Assembly (NCBI RefSeq): GCF_014698965.1
Contig: NZ_JACXAE010000050.1
Coordinates: 109,439 to 141,438 of the forward strand
DNA length: 32,000 bases
DNA from: Iningainema tapete BLCC-T55
GTDB taxonomy: Bacteria; Cyanobacteriota; Cyanobacteriia; Cyanobacteriales; Nostocaceae
Direction of reading: 5' to 3'
Every line of letters begins with the position of its first letter. Within the stretch, counting starts at the first letter, position 1. This document shows, piece by piece, positions 1 through 9,420 of this stretch. The position numbers were made by a program, and so were the translations under genes. The notes beneath the pieces were generated by a model. The model was not told the origin of the DNA, did not search any database, and worked only from the letters and a program-made list of their open reading frames with translations.

Positions 1-381
1 AACCCATGATTCATTTAGTTTGTGATGAAAGTTGCGACCACTGATAAAATCATATTTAACCAATGCTTCACCCATTGCGGCAACCCAACCTGGAGCAACT
101 TCATCATCTGCATCGCAAAATGCGAGTGCTTCAGCTTGAGCATTCTTAGCACCGCAATTACGAGCATAAGCAGCACCTTTTTTTGCTGATGCATCGACTA
201 TCCGCAGCGATGGTATTTTTGCTTGAAATAATTCAGCAACGGCAACTGTATTATCAGTTGAACCATTATCAGCAACTATTACTTCCCAAGGTTGATGCCA
301 TTCTTGACTAGCTAGGGCTTCGAGTTGTACTGCAATTGTAGTTGCTGCATTATAGCAGGGAATAATTACACTTAATTTCAT
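1..381 (-). CDS. Glycosyltransferase family 2 (GT-A), N-terminal part; the C-terminus lies beyond the window start
   Basis: A reverse-strand ATG at 381 opens an unbroken frame to position 1. It is absent from the ORF track because it runs off the window. My translation is MKLSVIIPCYNAATTIAVQLEALASQEWHQPWEVIVADNGSTDNTVAVAELF...LAFCDADDEVAPGW. The IIPCYN start, DNGSTD and DADD (DXD) are canonical GT2 signatures. Confidence 0.8.
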   Translation of the reverse strand, partial: MKLSVIIPCYNAATTIAVQLEALASQEWHQPWEVIVADNGSTDNTVAVAELFQAKIPSLRIVDASAKKGAAYARNCGAKNAQAEALAFCDADDEVAPGWVAAMGEALVKYDFISGRNFHHKLNESWV

Positions 382-462
382 AGATTTTTTTGGTTGATAA
401 TGTTTTTGACATTCTTAACGACTAGCAAAGTTATCTGCGGTTTCTTTGCGCCAATGTAATGT

Positions 463-1641
463 TCAATTAACTACATTTTTTAATCTGCGTGTTTGCTTCA
501 CATTTGACATAAAAGGTTTCTCAAACAAGAGGTAGAAAGGGTAAGCAAACAGTAGTGATGCAATTATGCCTAATAAGTAAGATGCGGTAGCGAACATATG
601 ATCTGATAATTGTAGTTGAAATAAGCAGTAACGTACTAAAGAAAGCACTGGTCCATGAGTTAAATATAAACTGTAAGAAATTGTTCCTAGTGCGATCGCC
701 AAAGGATGCTCGAATACCTTGAGTATTAATGGTGTTTTTTTACCATCAATTAGACAAGAAGTGCAGTAAATAAATAAACAAGCACTTGCTAAACCAAAAA
801 AGCTATAACCTATCCATACATGTAATCCCAGCCTTCTCCACTCGGTAATGAAAGCTACTATAGTGAAAATAATACTGAGTACTCCCCACGGTAAGGAGTT
901 TCTCATCGCTACTAATTCTGGTTTTGGAGAGAATCCAATCTCTGCTGCCACCATTCCCAAGGCAAATACGCCAATATACCAAGGTGAGGCTGATGCAAAT
1001 AATCCGTTCAAAAGGTATATGGGTATCAAACCGATAAAAAAGGCTGTGATTACAGATACTAGTAAGCCAAACCGTCGCCACACTGGCAGTAATATCAGTG
1101 GAAAGATAAAGTAAATTTGCCACTCTGTTGCTACACTCCACATTGGTGGGTTAATAGCCATGTAAGAGGTGGGACTAAGATTGTGAAGTAGTAGCAGATA
1201 TGATAATACATCAATTAATGTAAAGTTTGGAGAAAAAGGACCTTTCCCGGCAATTTCGTCCCACTGAAAACTACTAAATTTTTCTAGTAAAAATATTGTC
1301 AGTCCTAGTAATAAACAAAATAATAAAGCTGCGTAATAAGGTGGTAAAATTCGACGCGATCGCCGCTGAATATAATCAGTCAAACTACCAGATAAATGAC
1401 CACTCGGAGAACGTGATACCGGAAGCATTAAAACATAACCAGACAGCACGATAAAAATAGCCACCGCAAACCCTCCGTATCTGAGAGTATTTTCAAACAC
1501 AGACCAAAATAGGGGTAGTTGCGCTCCTATTTCTGGCTCGACATGTACAAGTACTACATACAAAGCAGCAAGTCCGCGCAAACCGTCTAAATAATGAAGA
1601 CGTAGTTTGTTTGAAGAAGATTTTTCTATAGATTTAGTCAT
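463..1641 (-). CDS. Acyltransferase family 3 (OafA/NolL-type membrane O-acyltransferase)
   Basis: 392-aa polytopic membrane ORF. The N-terminal LDGLRGLAALYVVLVHV matches the conserved start of the acyltransferase_3 family. It lies next to a GT2 gene, a typical polysaccharide-modification context. Confidence 0.8.
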   Translation of the reverse strand: MTKSIEKSSSNKLRLHYLDGLRGLAALYVVLVHVEPEIGAQLPLFWSVFENTLRYGGFAVAIFIVLSGYVLMLPVSRSPSGHLSGSLTDYIQRRSRRILPPYYAALLFCLLLGLTIFLLEKFSSFQWDEIAGKGPFSPNFTLIDVLSYLLLLHNLSPTSYMAINPPMWSVATEWQIYFIFPLILLPVWRRFGLLVSVITAFFIGLIPIYLLNGLFASASPWYIGVFALGMVAAEIGFSPKPELVAMRNSLPWGVLSIIFTIVAFITEWRRLGLHVWIGYSFFGLASACLFIYCTSCLIDGKKTPLILKVFEHPLAIALGTISYSLYLTHGPVLSLVRYCLFQLQLSDHMFATASYLLGIIASLLFAYPFYLLFEKPFMSNVKQTRRLKNVVN

Positions 1642-2348
1642 TAACTTACTCTCCTACTGTATTAACCGAAGCGAGATGTAGATGTTCTAGATGTGCTTGA
1701 CACTGCACTCTGAAATTTATTTTGACTAGGATTTTCCTGCCCAAACTTAAATACGTGTGTGAAGTTGCTCAAGTTCATTTGGCAACCTCAAGATACAGCC
1801 AAGTAAACATGAAGCACTTTGCAAAAGTATGTAATTTGATAGCTATCTGTATCTGTTTAAATAAACATGATTGATTGAATACTAGCTCGTCAATTTTTCA
1901 ATATTGACTACTTCCGCGCAGCGGTGCTAGCTATTCCCAGGCGAGAACATGAAGACTAAAATTATATGAAAATGCCATTAAGTTTGAGGTGAAAACTTTA
2001 AGCCTACATATGTATGTCAATATAGACCCATCAGACATACATTTTTCGGTACAAAGATTTTCCCAATCATCAATTACTTTAAATACTAAGGTGGAGTGTC
2101 GCCTACTTCAGCCATAATGTTGAAGTTTACCATCGGCGCAAACATATAAACGCTTCCCCGATTACTATAGCGGATTTCTTGTATCCAGTTTTCTGTACTT
2201 GTAGATATAATCATGTCGAATCCGTGGGTCTACTCTTGGATTTACATTTTTACCCTATAATCTGGGAAGTTTTTTGTTTTACCTTCTAAGGAGAATATCA
2301 CATCTTTTGTAAAGTATGTGTAAATTAATCATGAAAAATATGATGTTT

Positions 2349-3068
2349 TCATAAAATTATTATATAGCTAAACCATGTAGCTATGATTACTGATATGGGA
2401 ATAAGAATATTATCTACCTCTTTGGAACTGCAACCTTCAACCAAAGTGGCGATAAAAGCTAACAGCAAAATTTGGACAATATTCAAGCTGGCTGGTAAGA
2501 TGAGCCAGACAAAAAACACACTGGCAAGAAAGGCAAAGATAAACATCGAAAGGCTTCCTTCCACGCTTTTTTCGCTGAAAATTTTGTACTTCAACTTACC
2601 GTATCGGGAACCAATAATCGATGCCATACCATCACCCCAACCCAGGGTTGCCATGGCGACAATTCCAGGAAAAGTTTTGTAAAAAACTGTGCCACAAATA
2701 GTTGCAACAATGACAAAATAAAGTGGACCTTTGAGGAGTTCAAGGCGATCGCCAGTACGAGTCATTGTTTTCACAGCCTCGTCATCTGGTTGGGCAAAAA
2801 ATCCTTTTTGTACCAACAAAGCTATCCATACCACAAAAATTGCTACATTTAAATACTTTGACCAATCTAAATCGCTAAAAAGTGGTAAAAATCCAATCAG
2901 TGAGCCTGCACCGATATGAGTAATTTTGCGGCTAATATCCTGTGGTAGCCCATATTTTGTGACGCAAAAATTCATGAGCGCTACAAGCCCAAAGACATAA
3001 ACAAAAGTTAGTGCCGTCGCTACCAAATTTCCGGCTAGTGGGTTCAAACCGAAGAAGGCGAAAAACAT
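2349..3068 (-). CDS. Polytopic membrane protein of the dolichol/phytol kinase - CDP-diglyceride synthase superfamily (VTE5-like)
   Basis: The track ORF starts at TTG 3071; the adjacent in-frame ATG at 3068 is the likelier start. LGWGDGMASIIGSRYGKLKY resembles the nucleotide-binding loop of CTP-dependent polyprenol/phytol kinases. The start is 8 nt downstream of the GHL10 stop, which suggests an operon. The family call is from memory of the motif. Confidence 0.6.
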   Translation of the reverse strand: MFFAFFGLNPLAGNLVATALTFVYVFGLVALMNFCVTKYGLPQDISRKITHIGAGSLIGFLPLFSDLDWSKYLNVAIFVVWIALLVQKGFFAQPDDEAVKTMTRTGDRLELLKGPLYFVIVATICGTVFYKTFPGIVAMATLGWGDGMASIIGSRYGKLKYKIFSEKSVEGSLSMFIFAFLASVFFVWLILPASLNIVQILLLAFIATLVEGCSSKEVDNILIPISVIIATWFSYIIIL

Positions 3069-3076
3069 CAACTTAC

Positions 3077-4327
3077 TTATCTCCTTTCTTGCGGAAAAAC
3101 TTTTGACTTTTGACTTTTGACTTTTGACTTTCGCGCAGCGGTGCTGGGCTGATTTAGAGCCGACAAAGATGGGAATACCGCAGATTGGGCATAAGGACCT
3201 GTGCGCAACACTTGAGCTAAAGTATAATTATCTTCGCGCAAACCTTCGTAAAAGAAAAACACTTCTCCATTTATACCACAAGCTCTGTTATACTCAATTA
3301 TCTGCACCAAGTAATCTGGGCTAATTCGATAAGAACCAACCTTCATCAAAATCCCTGGTGCTAACTTAGGCAGCGTCACATCTGTAAACTGCTCGTTGAC
3401 TAACCTATCAACAATATTTTTATAGTCACTGAAGTTGCGACGATATATTTGCGGGTGTATCATATCTACTACTTTGCGCTCTAACCAAGTGGGAGAATCT
3501 TGTAAATATTCCTTAAATGCCCAATCATGTATATTTGGAGCAATTGACACGAGCAAGTGAGAATTTACAGCTTTGACTTCGTGATACAAACGTGCCCAGA
3601 ATTCAGTGAGGATATCAGCACGCCATTGTAACCATTGTGTATCCTTGGGGTTTTGTGGCGGATTTTGCTCAAATTGCTGGCGGTAAAGTTCTATGGTATT
3701 TTGATCGTATCCGCCTTCGGATGGTAGTGCAGGTAAGCGATCGTCTCCTTGAATACCATCAACGTCATAATTTTTCACTACTTCTAGTACTAGATTCAAC
3801 ATGAAATCTTGTACTTCTCTATCCAAAGCATTCAGCCACTCAAAGCCATTTTTCTTCAGCAAATTACCTTGACTATCAAGGGCTGCCCACTCTGGTTTTT
3901 TTGCCAGCAATATTCCACCATTTGAATTGTAAGAACTAGCGAATCCGTATTCAAACCAAGGAATCACCTTTAGCCCTACTCGCCGCGCTGCTTCTACTAC
4001 TTCGGCTATTGGATCTCTTCGTGTATACTGTGGATCTATTTCTATCCCAAATGTTTGCTGCATCACTTGACTAGGATACAGCGTCGCTCCCTTTGTCCAA
4101 ACTACCGGAAAAACAACATTAAATCCTGTCTCGGCAAGGAAATTCATCGCTTGCGCAATATTTTCCTGGGAAAGAAGAACTTGACTATCAGTAGTAGTCA
4201 GCCATACGCCGCGTGTTTCTGTGATTGTCACTTTTAGATATTTGTTGCTAACCGACGATAACGCGCTTGAACTACCATGTAAATTCCATAGGCAACCAAA
4301 CCTAATGATACAATACCTAAAAGCCAA
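3077..4327 (-). CDS. GHL10 / DUF187 (YngK-like) TIM-barrel glycoside-hydrolase-like protein
   Basis: Family-like motifs are RGVWLTT, FNVVFPVVW, VIPWFEYGF and DGIQGDDRLP. The ATG at 4327 overlaps the upstream gene by 94 nt. An in-frame GTG at 4231, 2 nt after the upstream TAA (4234-4236), would give 384 aa and is an equally plausible start. The last ~25 codons are built from repeat DNA. Confidence 0.7.
   Translation of the reverse strand: MAFRYCIIRFGCLWNLHGSSSALSSVSNKYLKVTITETRGVWLTTTDSQVLLSQENIAQAMNFLAETGFNVVFPVVWTKGATLYPSQVMQQTFGIEIDPQYTRRDPIAEVVEAARRVGLKVIPWFEYGFASSYNSNGGILLAKKPEWAALDSQGNLLKKNGFEWLNALDREVQDFMLNLVLEVVKNYDVDGIQGDDRLPALPSEGGYDQNTIELYRQQFEQNPPQNPKDTQWLQWRADILTEFWARLYHEVKAVNSHLLVSIAPNIHDWAFKEYLQDSPTWLERKVVDMIHPQIYRRNFSDYKNIVDRLVNEQFTDVTLPKLAPGILMKVGSYRISPDYLVQIIEYNRACGINGEVFFFYEGLREDNYTLAQVLRTGPYAQSAVFPSLSALNQPSTAARKSKVKSQKSKVFPQERR
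3099..3131. repeat. Heptamer tandem repeat (ACTTTTG) x ~4.7, STRR-like, inside the 3' end of the GHL10 CDS
   Basis: The sequence reads acttttg acttttg acttttg acttttg actttcg directly. On the coding (minus) strand it encodes KSKVKSQKSKV. Confidence 0.9.
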
Positions 4328-5064
4328 GGACCGTATGGTTGTTGCGCTAGTGTTTGTAATGCCTCGTCTAAACCTCCCGCTCGACTGGCGTCAGAATTAA
4401 TTGCTGCTTGAATTAAAAACCAGCCGATAATACAAAAGACGATTCCCCGCGCTAGCATACCAAATCGGCAAATACTTATAATCCACTTGCGTTCGCGATC
4501 GCTCAACTCTGTTAAACTGAGTTCCCGACGAAACTTACTAGTAAAAGCTTCATAAAACTGATAGAAACCCAAACCAATAGTAAACGCTCCCACTGTCCCA
4601 ACCAACCATTGACCAAAAGGCTGAGAAAGTAATCTTGCCGTCCAATCTTGCGTAGAATTACTGTTACCACCGCCGGAGCCAAGAACAATTTGTACAGCGC
4701 TTAAAGCTAAACCAGCATATATAAAACCATTAATTGCATAACCAATTCGCTGTGCCAAACCTTTAGCATCTGTACCTTTATTTTCTGGATCTTTAATTGC
4801 CTGCACAAAACGCCAAATTACGTATCCAATTAAACCAATTGCTACTAAAGCCAACAAAAACTTTCCAAATGGCTGGTTAACAATTGTTTGCAGAGCGCCT
4901 TGAGTATCTGTCGTTTTTCCACCACTTCCAAAAGCTGCTTGTGCTGCAAGTAGCCCAACTATCGCGTAAACTACTCCTTTAGAAGCGTAACCAAATCGCG
5001 CCAGTCGCTCAACCCATACCGAAGGGTGGTGTATTAGCTGTTGTGTCATGGTAATAGGGTGCAA
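4234..5064 (-). CDS. DUF1206 family membrane protein (three repeated TM-pair units)
   Basis: A three-fold internal repeat is visible: YASKGVVYAIVGLLA, YAINGFIYAGLALSA and MLARGIVFCIIGWFL. Each is followed by a second helix, the pattern I associate with DUF1206. Confidence 0.7.
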   Translation of the reverse strand: MHPITMTQQLIHHPSVWVERLARFGYASKGVVYAIVGLLAAQAAFGSGGKTTDTQGALQTIVNQPFGKFLLALVAIGLIGYVIWRFVQAIKDPENKGTDAKGLAQRIGYAINGFIYAGLALSAVQIVLGSGGGNSNSTQDWTARLLSQPFGQWLVGTVGAFTIGLGFYQFYEAFTSKFRRELSLTELSDRERKWIISICRFGMLARGIVFCIIGWFLIQAAINSDASRAGGLDEALQTLAQQPYGPWLLGIVSLGLVAYGIYMVVQARYRRLATNI

Positions 5065-5223
5065 TCATGGATATTTTCTACCAAAATTTCTACACAAAAT
5101 ACATCTTCCTCGAGAATTGTTTTACCAATCTTACAATTATTTATAGCCTGAGTTAGTAGCGATAATTTCTATGAAGATTTATCATTCATATCTTAATAGT
5201 TTAATTACTCAGGAATCTTCAGT

Positions 5224-6093
5224 ATGTTCGTCACAGAAAGTTCTGTACAGAACGAGTACATTAATACCAACGGAATTAAGCTGCATTACGTCACCCAAGG
5301 GAAAGGTCCCTTAATGCTGATGTTACACGGATTTCCTGAATTTTGGTACTCTTGGCGCTATCAAATACCAGAATTTGCCAAATCTTTTAAAGTCGTCGCT
5401 CTTGATTTACGTGGCTACAACGATAGCGATAAGCCAAAAGAAAAATCAGCTTATGTAATGGATGAATTTATTCAAGATGTTGAGGGAGTAATTAGAGGTT
5501 TAGGTTATGACAAGTGTGTTTTAGTAGGGCATGATTGGGGAGGTGCTATTGCTTGGAGTTTTGCTTATGCTCATCCGGAGATGGTAGAGCGATTAATTAT
5601 ACTCAATCTTCCTCACCCTGCTAAATTCGCTCAAGGCTTACTCACACCGCAACAGTTGCTACGTAGTTCTTACGCTTTCTTCTTTCAACTTCCTTGGCTA
5701 CCGGAATTACTCTTACAATTATCAGATTATCAACAGATTGAAACTATTTTCAAAAGTATGGCTGTTGATCAAAGTATTTTCTCTGATGTAGATATTGAAG
5801 CTTATAAAAATGCTGTGGCAAAGCGCGGTGCTTTAACAGCAATGTTGAACTATTACCGTAATGCTTTTAAGCAAGGAATGCTGAACAAAAGTTGGGGAAT
5901 TCTGGAAGTATCAACGTTGCTGATTTGGGGAGAAAAGGATAAGGCGCTGGGTAAGGAACTAACCTATGGTACAGAAGCTTACGTGAAAGACTTTCACATT
6001 AAATATATTCCCAATTGTAGTCATTGGGTGCAGCAGGAAAAGCCTGATTTGGTGAATCAGTACATGCGCGAGTTTCTGGAGCTTTGCATTTAA
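5224..6093 (+). CDS. Alpha/beta hydrolase, epoxide-hydrolase / haloalkane-dehalogenase-like (Asp nucleophile)
   Basis: HGFPEFWYSWRYQIP (oxyanion HGxP), GHDWGG (Asp nucleophile elbow) and a C-terminal CSHWVQQEKP catalytic His. Confidence 0.85.
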   Translation: MFVTESSVQNEYINTNGIKLHYVTQGKGPLMLMLHGFPEFWYSWRYQIPEFAKSFKVVALDLRGYNDSDKPKEKSAYVMDEFIQDVEGVIRGLGYDKCVLVGHDWGGAIAWSFAYAHPEMVERLIILNLPHPAKFAQGLLTPQQLLRSSYAFFFQLPWLPELLLQLSDYQQIETIFKSMAVDQSIFSDVDIEAYKNAVAKRGALTAMLNYYRNAFKQGMLNKSWGILEVSTLLIWGEKDKALGKELTYGTEAYVKDFHIKYIPNCSHWVQQEKPDLVNQYMREFLELCI

Positions 6094-6113
6094 GTGTAAG
6101 GCTCATAGCTTTC

Positions 6114-6183
6114 GGGTACTGGGTACTGGGGATTGGGCAAAGTTGTTTCTTACCCAATCGCCAATCGCCAATCCCCAATCCCT
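6114..6183. repeat. STRR-like heptamer arrays forming an inverted pair (probable terminator) downstream of the hydrolase gene
   Basis: gggtact gggtact ggggatt ggg ... cccaatcg ccaatcg ccaatcc ccaatcc c. The two arms are mutually complementary heptamer arrays. Confidence 0.8.
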
Positions 6184-6456
6184 TTTAAGCTAACCACCGT
6201 TTCTGTCTTACTGCATACCCTAATCAACGCCCATAGGTATACATAAGCGTTAACTTCAATTGTTACTATTGTACGTAGCGATAGTTAATCAAAGTGCATC
6301 AGTGTACAACTAATAGCAGTTGTCCTCATCACTACTAATAATGATTTGTGTCACATCGCATTAGTGGTATCAATCAACTACCACGTCAACAATAGTGGCA
6401 TAATAAAGGTGTGAGGACAAGAACGGAAGCAGTTTGAGGAAAAAGGGGAAAAACAT

Positions 6457-6915
6457 ATGATCCGCAAGATTTTGACTACTCTAGCTTTAATAACTCCCCT
6501 GTTATTCGCTAGTTCAGTGAGAGCGGAAAATCCGCAACATGTACAAAAGCTGTTATCTACTGGGGAATGTGCTAAGTGCGATTTATCGGGGGCTAACCTT
6601 AAGGGCGCTCACTTAATTGGCGCTGATTTACGCGGAGCTAACTTGCAAGGTGCTAATTTAACTAAGGCAAACCTAGAAGGTGCAGATTTAACTGGTGCTA
6701 ATTTAACTGGTGCTAATTTAACTGCTGCTTTTGCCACTAACGTTGATTTTAAGAAAGCTGATCTTGATAAGGTGAATTTTACTAACGCTAAGATTCATGA
6801 TTCTAACGTATATGGAGCGTCAATGACTGACCTCGTGATCACTAATGCCGATATATTTTACACTGGGATCGGGATTGGTGGCGAAGATGGTGCTACTGTT
6901 CCTGATTGGAAGTAG
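6457..6915 (+). CDS. Secreted pentapeptide-repeat protein
   Basis: Signal peptide MIRKILTTLALITPLLFASSVRA, then consecutive A(D/N)LxG pentads (GANLKGAHLIGADLRGANLQGANLTKANLEGADLTGANLTGANL). Confidence 0.9.
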   Translation: MIRKILTTLALITPLLFASSVRAENPQHVQKLLSTGECAKCDLSGANLKGAHLIGADLRGANLQGANLTKANLEGADLTGANLTGANLTAAFATNVDFKKADLDKVNFTNAKIHDSNVYGASMTDLVITNADIFYTGIGIGGEDGATVPDWK

Positions 6916-6990
6916 AAAAATCATAAACGCGAGGCAGAGCTTCGTGGAAATTAGTGGGGGCGAACAATTTTTTGCCCCTACTGTGTATCT

Positions 6991-7098
6991 TTGACTAAGA
7001 CTTGGACTTTGACTGTGACGCCATCGGTGACGTTGACTTTGACTAAGACTTTAACTGTGGAACTAATTTTGACTAAAACGTTGACTTTAACCACAATC
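6991..7098. repeat. Degenerate hexanucleotide tandem repeat, 18 units, consensus TTGACT
   Basis: Parsed by hand: ttgact aagact tggact ttgact gtgacg ccatcg gtgacg ttgact ttgact aagact ttaact gtggaa ctaatt ttgact aaaacg ttgact ttaacc acaatc. Confidence 0.85.
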
Positions 7099-7752
7099 TC
7101 GGAAATTTTATTATAGCCTGCCCCCAGGTAAGATCAGGCAGGGATGCCTGCTTCCACAATAATAATTGTCTACTTTTTTATTTGGAAGTCTCTTAAAGGA
7201 TAGTCTTTTATTCAGCAAGGTGGTTGCCAATTTGCCAATAATGCGATCGCATCACAATTCCACCCAGTAGTCAGGTGATCGCATCACAATCCTTTATCAC
7301 ATAACCATTTTCAAGTCAAGGATTTGTGAGCAGATGATAACTTTTATTAAGTATTAATATCAAAATTTACTGTATTAATTGAGAATTGTAGCTTAAGATT
7401 ACCTAAATATCAGGTAAAATCGGCATTTAGACTTGTATAAAGGAAAGGTGGACTGATTTGACAAGATTTGTACTTGAAGATCAGCAAATTACCCCTGGCT
7501 GATCCGCCAAAGCTAGAGAAAATCTAACTAGTTATGCTGATTCCAATTCATCATAACTGCGCCACGAATTGCCATCTTACTACCGAGTTATACCTTGTAG
7601 TTGATGAAGTAGTAGTTGAAAGGCAATTATGGTAATAGTCAAATCAGCCCTTTAAATTCCATCGGTTGTGAGTGGTGCACTCGCAAATTGCACTGTTAAA
7701 GCAGCCTTTTGGTTGTAATTGTCCGGAATAAAGTAACTCAACTTTGAAAAAT

Positions 7753-8199
7753 ATGGAAGCGCAAATGCAAGAACCGGAATACGTAGAAACCAAGTCTCCA
7801 CAACAAACAATGCCAGATATAAACAACCAAACAGGAACAATAACCAAACTTCAGTCATCCTCTCAGTCGCAAGAACAATGGCTGCAATATGGCGAACAAG
7901 TTTCTAGCTTTTTAGCTACACTACCCGACTATCTAGGTAGCTTCTTCAATAGATACAAACAGCCCTTGATTAGCGTTGGTCTAATTGTAGCGGCAATTGT
8001 AACAGTCAAGGTAGTGTTGGCAGTACTGGATGCATTGAATGATATTCCCTTAGTAGCACCAACCTTTGAATTGATTGGTATTGGTTATTCTATCTGGTTT
8101 GTATATCGCTATTTACTCAAAGCCTCAACCAGGCAAGAGTTGACTGGTGAAATTGCAACGCTCAAAACACAAGTTGTCGGTGAAACTACAGAAGCTTAA
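7753..8199 (+). CDS. CAAD-domain / CurT (CURT1-like) thylakoid membrane protein
   Basis: The track start is TTG 7744; the ATG at 7753 is likelier. The C-terminal two-helix hairpin YKQPLISVGLIVAAIVTVKVVLAVLDALNDIPLVAPTFELIGIGYSIWFVYRYLL is the CAAD signature as I remember it. Confidence 0.75.
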   Translation: MEAQMQEPEYVETKSPQQTMPDINNQTGTITKLQSSSQSQEQWLQYGEQVSSFLATLPDYLGSFFNRYKQPLISVGLIVAAIVTVKVVLAVLDALNDIPLVAPTFELIGIGYSIWFVYRYLLKASTRQELTGEIATLKTQVVGETTEA

Positions 8200-8278
8200 G
8201 AAAAGCTAAGGCAGTAGGTAGAGGGCAAAAGGAAAGAAAAAAGTCTCCCTTGTGCCTTCTGCCTTGTTGCTTCTGCCT

Positions 8279-9316
8279 TTAACGAGGTACTTTAACAATA
8301 TTTTCGGACTGAATTGGTTGTAATCTTCCCATTTTTACCAAAGCTTGATGCACCATTGCCGCAACCTCACCACGAGTAATTTCTCGATTGGGAGCTAAGG
8401 TTTTAGTATCTGGGTAATTGACGACAAGATTATTTTCTGTAGCTGCTGCTACTTTGTTGACTGCCCATTGCGGAATTTCTTGAGCATCATTAAATATAGT
8501 GACAACTTTTTCTGGGGCAGCAGGAATTCCCAAATTCATGCCACTAGCAAGAGAAACTAAAACTTGTACTCGCGGAATTCTTTGATCTGGTTTAAAGATT
8601 TGATTAGGGTATCCTTTTAAATAACCAGTGTTAGTAGCTTTGCCTATTACTGGAATTGCCCAAAAATTTTCAGGTACATCTTTAAAGCCTACTGTAGTAC
8701 CAGGTTGACTTTTGGCAAATGCTTCTTCGACTATAGCAGCATATTCTGCACGAGTTACAGGTTGATCGGGTTTAAAAGTCTGATCCGCAAAGCCCCCTAA
8801 TATACCACGAGCAGAAAGAGCATCAACAAAAGGCTTTGCCCAATAGTCAGCAGGCACATCTGTAAATGCAATTGGTGTAGGAATGGTAGGCTTTTGCGTA
8901 GATGGAGTTACTACTACCTGTGGAGATGGCTGTACCTGTGGTATTGCTACCGGAGGGACATAAGAATAAGGAGGCAACACCACCTTGGGCGGAACATCAA
9001 CAGATGACAATGGCGTTTGTGTAAAGATGTCCCAACGAGGCGTCTGTATAGCCCCCGGTATCGACGTCTGTGTAGTTCCCGGTACTGGTGTCTGTACAAC
9101 AGTCCCCGGTAGTGGTGTTTGTACTACTTTTGGTGACGGTGTTTGTACGGTAGTAGAAGGTAGCAACCCACTTAAATTCCACCCACCATCTTTACGAGAA
9201 AATGACCAAAATAGAATCGCTCCGATAGTAGCAAAGGCAACTAAAATACCAATGAAATCGTCAAAATCAAGCGAATTATTCTGGGAATTGGGGTCGGAAG
9301 GAGGCATGTTCATCAT
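8279..9316 (-). CDS. SLH-domain protein with N-terminal TM anchor and a Pro/Thr-rich repeat linker
   Basis: Three SLH-like units: FTDVPADYWAKPFVDALSARGILGGFADQTFKPDQPVTRAEYAAIV, FKDVPENFWAIPVIGKATNTGYLKGYPNQIFKPDQRIPRVQVL and a third with ITRGEVAAMV. TM helix FIGILVAFATIGAILFWSF. Confidence 0.85.
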   Translation of the reverse strand: MMNMPPSDPNSQNNSLDFDDFIGILVAFATIGAILFWSFSRKDGGWNLSGLLPSTTVQTPSPKVVQTPLPGTVVQTPVPGTTQTSIPGAIQTPRWDIFTQTPLSSVDVPPKVVLPPYSYVPPVAIPQVQPSPQVVVTPSTQKPTIPTPIAFTDVPADYWAKPFVDALSARGILGGFADQTFKPDQPVTRAEYAAIVEEAFAKSQPGTTVGFKDVPENFWAIPVIGKATNTGYLKGYPNQIFKPDQRIPRVQVLVSLASGMNLGIPAAPEKVVTIFNDAQEIPQWAVNKVAAATENNLVVNYPDTKTLAPNREITRGEVAAMVHQALVKMGRLQPIQSENIVKVPR

Positions 9317-9420
9317 TTTAAATGTTTTATTTCAATCCCTAGAGGAACAATTGAAAGCGCTCCCGTTCCAAATAATACCTGTATAGGTATTATCCAGATT
9401 GTACAATATAACATACCGCT

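Noticed and set aside
803-1141. ORFs 803-1141(-) and 848-1114(+) inside the acyltransferase gene
   Set aside because: They lie wholly within a 392-aa ORF that has a clear family signature. Their translations are low-complexity and contain no motif.
3099-7098. CRISPR array interpretation of the tandem repeats (3099-3131, 6114-6183, 6991-7098)
   Set aside because: The units are 6-7 nt long and contiguous with no spacers, and no cas genes are present. These are STRR-type microsatellites.
8985-9386. 133-aa plus-strand ORF and 61-aa minus-strand ORF over the SLH gene
   Set aside because: They are antisense or out-of-frame readings of the Pro/Thr repeat region. The Gly/Val/Cys-rich translation is a repeat artefact.
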